Part shown: positions 58,294 through 64,000 of the stretch, piece after piece
How positions within the stretch are numbered: the stretch's first letter is position 1
Layout of the letters: each line of letters begins with the position of its first letter
Source of the DNA: Amoebophrya sp. A120
Lineage: Eukaryota > Protista > Dinoflagellata
Assembly (NCBI GenBank): GCA_905178155.1
Contig: CAJINV010000001.1
Coordinates: forward strand, 605,643-669,642
Reading direction: 5' to 3'
Length of the DNA: 64,000 nt
The notes under the pieces: generated by a model
The model's input: the letters and a program-made list of their open reading frames with translations, nothing else
The model's database searches: none
Told to the model about the DNA's origin: nothing
Made by a program: the position numbers and the translations under genes

Positions 58294-58488
58294 ATGGTGT
58301 TCGATTTTCACAATTTTATTACCGAAACGGATTATGTTCCGAAAGACGCTGTGGGAAACAATTTCCGTGTGATTCGTCCGCACAAGCGTAAGTACTACTG
58401 TCGTGATCGTTTTAGTTGTCGGGATCGAAAGTTTTTTTATCGGCGGAAAGAAATAGGGGTTGGCTTTCAAGCAATCCCAATCGTGTGA
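58294..58488 (+). CDS. Possible small basic protein (64 aa)
   Basis: ATG ORF rich in R/K/aromatic residues between two genes on the same strand; no homology recognised. Confidence 0.25.
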   Translation: MVFDFHNFITETDYVPKDAVGNNFRVIRPHKRKYYCRDRFSCRDRKFFYRRKEIGVGFQAIPIV

Positions 58489-58952
58489 CCAAATTCAGAG
58501 GGTGAGCAGCAAAATCGCAGTTGCTGGTAGGTTCCGTACGAGTCTCGCCGTCGAGAGATGTGGTTTGCGCCCTATGTGTATGTATGATTTGTGCGCTGCT
58601 GTGAGAAGAGCGAGGTTAAGAGGTCGAATTTAAGAGAAGAACCAATCTTTCTTCTTTCGACGGGAAAGTTTGTTGCGTCGTGAGAACATCAAAGCGTCTT
58701 CTTATTTTGTTGTACTTGTTCAGTGTGAGAACGAAAGCTGCAAACAAGCAAAAAATTGATGGCAGCGCGGTCGTGGAGCATCACTTGGCTGCCTCTCAAA
58801 CTTCGTTCTTTCCTAGGGCTTTACCGGGACTGCAGGACGATTGCTGGGGACCATGGAAGCGCTTGAATCTGGACCCACGAAAAGTTGAAACGCATTGAGA
58901 TTAGCCACCTCTGCGGTACTAGTCCGGCGTCAGCCGCGGTTCCGCTCGCAGG

Positions 58953-61900
58953 ATGAGCGAGCGCGCCAGGCCGTCGTTTGACGGTACGCGGTGCTTTGTG
59001 AACAACGTAGACGAGTTATCTCGTGTAAAAACGTCCCCACCCCAGAGTTGTCATGCAGATTTGCCATGACAGAAACATTTGTGATGCGCAACCCCATGAC
59101 AGGCATTTACATTTTCAATCGTATTCGGGAACTTGTAATGCTGTAAACAGGATCAGCAGATCGAATTGTGATGCGGCTTTCCTTGCTAACTTGCACTACC
59201 TTGCGGACTGCAACTTGTCATGCATGACTCCCAAAACTCCGGGGTTTGTGTTGCAAAATCCCCATCTTGACTCTGGGGTGGGGACGTTTTTGCTTAGGAT
59301 GCGAGTACATTCCGGGCGCGGTGTGCTCCGAACTTAGCCTCCAAGGCAATGTGTTTCTGTCCGGGACATTGCGGGGGGGCCACAAATGTGGACAGGTACT
59401 TGAGGTGATGTTGCTCTGCGACGTCTCGGTCAATTTTTTTTCAAAATTGTCTAGAAGTTGAATTGTTCCGGATAGGATTCATTGATAAGCATAAACCACG
59501 AAGGGAAACAGTACGCACGAAGTACTTCTACACCAGGTGCCCCCCTGCGTGAAGCGGTTACTGTCACGAGCGTCGCCGAGTGAGTTTTTGGCCAACGTGC
59601 TGCAGCACGACGTGATTGTGTACGACCTCCACGCAACCGATTTGGAGGAGCTCGAATTTGTTCTCAACGCCTTCACGGCGTTTGACTTCCGCCATCCCGT
59701 AAGCTTGGTCCTCGTTTCCTCCTTGATGACATGGGCGCGAACGCCCTGCGAGGGACCGGCGTCCGGGCCGGGAACGGTGCCAGCGACGGTAAGAGCAGTA
59801 GTGTTTTGTTTTGGCATTCTTGCATTTTTTTTTGCGAATCTTTAGGTGCTTTTGATTGTGTTTGCACCATCCTGAGAAATTTCAAAGCTGAGTCAGATTC
59901 TCTAACTCTAATCAAGATCATTGTGAAGGTCGACATTCATTATCACCAGGCAATAAACAAGAGATGGAAAGAGGGATTCAACCACCGGGAGCCCCGGATT
60001 TTAACCGACACCGAGCACGAGACGAGGGTTCCAAGTGTCAGGTACTTTTGCTTTGGATGGAAATTGAATCGGTTGCGCGGATCGGGGCGACTCGACAAGA
60101 TGGATGATTCTGCTATACTCGTCATGCCATGAAGATGACCTGCATGTTTCTACTCTGCATGTTATTTGTTCCTATGCACAATTATGTAACAACGCCCAGG
60201 TTCGCAGACTGGAAGTCTTTCGAGCTGAGTTGGGCGGCGTTGAGCAAAAAGACAAACGTGCGATCCGTAGTGGTCGGAGCCGGGCTCCCCTACGGAAACG
60301 GCGAATACATTTTCCAGGACTGGTTTGCACATTGCTGGAACAGCATGTTCGAAAAGAACACTATGATTGGCGACGGGACAAACTATCTACCCGTTGTCCA
60401 TTGCAGAAACCTGGCAAGGTATCTATACATTTGAATAGTTCAGTAAACTTTGATTCAGAAAAAATCGGTCTGCAACAATGATTCTCTTCGTCTCGTGCAA
60501 CCAATATACCTGAATAGATTTTTTCGACGGCGATAATGATCTCTGATGCAACCAACAAAAATATTGATAGATAGAAATATCTCCCATTTTTGTTGCAGGT
60601 TCACCCGGTACGCCACTTTCGCGCCCGTCGACGCGAGGCAAAGTTACTACGTTGCCTGCGACCAGCAGCCGTCGACGCAGAGACAGCTTCTAGAGGCGGT
60701 GAGATTAGCGTTTGAAGAGGAGGACCCACGATTGAGTAAAGCAAAAGACCAAGACGCCGCAGTGCCGGAGGGTGGCGATCCCATTAGTGAGGTATAATTT
60801 CCGACTTTTTGGAATTTTCGTAGATCTAGATGCGGTGCTCTTCTTCTTGCATGATAATAATTGGTTTGTTGTTCTCCTCGTCTGCTGCAGCGAAGGAACA
60901 ACATAGGAAACATCCCTTCCCACATGCTTTGCCGCGCGATCATTCTCTGATCTTCCCAGGAAGCGCGCAACTTCACACTGTCGAACGTGCTGCACGGCTC
61001 TGTGCACGTAGAGCAGGCCATTCTGATGGACAACGCCGATTTGCTGACCATGAACTTGCGTTTCCGACCGTCCGCGGAGATGTATCAGTTCGCCAACTGG
61101 GGCGGAGAGCAGGGGATGCTCACAAATTCGAAAGACACGTTGGCGCAGGAGTACGCGCTCTGGCGCGGGCTTACGCCTTTGCGCGTCGTGCTGGCCGGCG
61201 CGCCGGGAACGTACCAACAGTACCTGCCACAGATCGCCGCCTACTTCGGCGTCGAAGTGCTCACCGTGAAAGGTAGGAAGTTCTTTTGGTAAAAATTTCA
61301 TCTTTATTTTCTACTGATTTTTCGGCATTAGCAGAGGTGGGCTGTTTTTGTAGTAAGGAAGTTTGTCTCCGGTCGTGGACCTGCAGAGGCTCCAGTTTTT
61401 TCTTTGCTACTTTAGCGTCGTGGGAGTAAGAGGGATAGAACAACCAACGCAAGATTTTTCCGCAACATCAAATCCCAACTACATCCAGGCATCGTCACGG
61501 AGTATCTGGAGCGCGAGGAGAGGCAACTCTGGTTGCGACTAAAGGAACACGAGGCCTACATGCTGGCGAATCCGGCGCCGGAGGAGGGCACGGAGGCGTT
61601 CGAGGAGTATGAACCCGTGCCAGAGCCGGCCCTGAGCGAGACCGCGCAGAAGGCGCAGGAATGGGCGGGGGGGTTCGGCGACGCCGTGGAAAACAGCATC
61701 CCAGCGGACTTGCTGGAGACGGTACGTGGCCTCTTCCAGCAGAAGTTCGCAATGTGCAGGTGTATGACCAAGGGGTTCGTGCTGGACAGCTGGCCGGTGA
61801 CCGGGGAAGAGGCGGCGGAGCTGTTTTCAGAGCTGCGGTACATCCCGCCCGTGATACCCGACACCAAGACCAGCAGCGGGCGGAGTAGCCGCCCCGGCAC

Positions 61901-63979
61901 CGGGGCCAGCCGGCGGACGCTGAACAGCCAGTCGCCCGAGAAAACGGCCACGGCGTCGGAGGCACCCAACTCCGAGGCGCCCAACGCCGAGCAGGCGGGC
62001 GAGGACGGTGCGGGCGAGGCGGCCAAGGAGCCGGAGGAGCCCCAGGGCACCTACGAGCGATTTTTGCTGCCCGGCTGTCCGGACGTGCTTTTCCTCTTTT
62101 CCGCGGACGAGGCGCACCGGAGTTTGGAGTGTGTATGAGAGTTGTGGACAACTACAACTCCCCCTCGTTCACGTTTCCATGATTTTTCATGCGAAATTTC
62201 GAGTGTAGCTGCTGCCTTGTGACACTATTGTGCACGACAAATTTCGCAATTTATAATTCCAAGCAGTACTTTGCTCGACGCATGAGGAAAAACTTGTCAT
62301 GCACAGGCTCCACCGGTGCTGGTGTTTGTATTGCTGTTCAACATTGCGACATACAAACGAGGGAGGAGGGGAAGTTGTGCACTCGGATAGCCCGAGCTGC
62401 TGAGCGAGGAACAGCTCGAGGCGGCGCAGCTCACCGCGAAGCTGGAAACGCGGGAAAGCAGCCTGCTCACCCGAATACAGGAGCAAAAGACGCAGCAAAC
62501 GGACGTGATAGACGCGGCCACGGAGGAAAACCCGTTGCCAGAGGACTTTGTGAAGCTCACCAGCGTGCGGGACTTTTTCCAGACGCACAACCGGCTCTGT
62601 GAGTGCGATTTGAACGCGTTCTACGAGGAGTTCGCGATTTGGGGCAAGGAGGAGATGGACTTCCGGAACCCGCCAGAGGAGGAGCCGGCGGAGTATCGTG
62701 AGGAAAAAACGCACCCGACCCAAATACTCAAAATGGAAGTTATTTGTGATGCTGATTCGTGACCACAAATCACCTCGGTTTTGCATATGGGTCGTCGGAA
62801 AGTGTGAGCTTATTTGGCGCATTCCGCCGCCAATCTGTGACGCGCTTCTGCTACATAGCGCAAAGCTGTCTCCCTTTTTGAACTGCTAGTGTTTTGGTTA
62901 CCCAGCCAGGGATAGAAAATGCATCATCCGAGCGCTTGCTGCAATACACCGCTTTGTCGTTTACAGAAGCTCAGCATACAGATTTTTTTTTTATGGAGTA
63001 GGGGCAGGTTTTTTCACTTTGACACGGAATCCCCCAACGCCAGTCCGACCGAGGAGGCGGCGCCGGAGCCCACGGAGGAGGAACTGGCGCTGCAGGAGAA
63101 GAAAAGGCTCGAGGCCGAGGCGCGCAAGGAGGACCGCCGCGTCAAGCGGGAGCACATGCTGTCGGTCGTCAAGGGGAACGCATTCGTCAAGTTTTTTCAG
63201 GCCGCATTCGAGAAGTCCACGGGGAAACCGTTCAAAAACTTCCTGCAACCCTTGGACACCACGCGAGTACCCGTGGAGACACCCGTGTCGGAGGGCGAGT
63301 ATAGATTGTTTTCAATTTTTTCCGAGTTCTGTAAAAGTAGAAAAAACACACTGACAAACACAAAGAAACGGCGCTTTGTCTGTTTTTTTTTCCGTCTCTC
63401 CACGACGAGCCATCGAATACGGAAAAGAGATAGAGAACTAGAAAAGTCCCTTCCCCCTTCAACACAGGCTGGTGGGCCTTTCCCTCGAGGAATCCCCTGA
63501 GGAGATTGCGGAACGAGAAGCGGCCGCTCGCGCTGCCGCCCAGAAAGCAGAGGCGGAGAGAAAGTACCAGGACAAGTTGAGGCGAGAAGAAGAAGCACAG
63601 CTGGAGGAAGTGTACTGTTTCATTTTCTATCATCTCTACTTTACGCAGTAGTAAAACGAAACGCACAAAATAAAAGAACTTCTCATCAACTGCGTAAGAA
63701 TAGATTCCCACAATGGTAGAAGTAGAAACCACGTCGGAAGTTGTAGTAGACACTGCATGATCTACTTCCCAGAGACGACGACGATGCTATTTGCTCCTTC
63801 TAAATACAAAAAACAGGTCGGAGCCGCTCCGCAAGTACCTGGCCGAGTACGTGACGCCCCACGTGACAGAAGCGCTGATAGAAATCTGCCGCGTCATGCC
63901 AGAGGACCCGGTGGACTACCTCGCAGAGTACCTCTTTTTCAAGTCCGAGGAGATGAAGGGACCGGATTCCGAGGACTGA
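58953..63979 (+). CDS. AK7: Adenylate kinase 7-like (flagellar) protein with a C-terminal Dpy-30 motif; multi-exon
   Basis: [10 protein letters not shown]; HDVIVYD; [13 protein letters not shown]; VVGAGLPYG; [11 protein letters not shown]; KGFVLDSWP; [40 protein letters not shown]. Confidence 0.88.
59017..59301. mobile_element. Introner, family B
   Basis: TIRs; TSD CGAGT/CGAGT. Confidence 0.9.
62134..62389. mobile_element. Introner, family E
   Basis: TIRs; degenerate TSD GTGTG/GCCCG; frame restored. Confidence 0.82.
62694..63024. mobile_element. Introner, family C
   Basis: TIRs; TSD CGGAG/CGGAA. Confidence 0.85.
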
Positions 63980-64000
63980 TGTTTTTAACCGGGAATTGTA

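Noticed and set aside
1-64000. tRNA, rRNA or dinoflagellate spliced-leader relics
   Set aside because: No such sequence was recognised by eye; tRNAscan-SE or Infernal would be needed to exclude them.

Overview
Eukaryotic, gene-dense DNA, most consistent with an alveolate/syndinian dinoflagellate such as Amoebophrya (inference from gene content and intron architecture). About 16 protein-coding genes were found and all lie on the + strand: an ATL/MGMT + DUF2086-type 2OG-Fe(II) oxygenase fusion, a SET protein, a Sec7-PH ARF-GEF, a putative mitochondrial AP2 protein, an alpha/beta hydrolase, a hotdog thioesterase, CDC20/Cdh1, an FkbM methyltransferase, a CLC antiporter, mitochondrial bL27, AK7 and several unknowns. 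The dominant feature is 54 short elements (mostly 135-330 bp) in at least 7 sequence families that interrupt coding exons. They have TAT...ATA termini (a few with a single terminal mismatch), terminal inverted repeats and a 5-bp target-site duplication (TSD). Removing an element plus one TSD copy restores the reading frame and conserved motifs, so they behave as non-canonical transposon-derived introns (introners). TSD decay and protein conservation point to one splice register (last base of left TSD + element + first 4 bases of right TSD). The elements occur in both orientations and some have drifted to GT-AG. A 2.1-kb non-autonomous TIR element and two nested insertions are also present. All coordinates and counts were read by eye.
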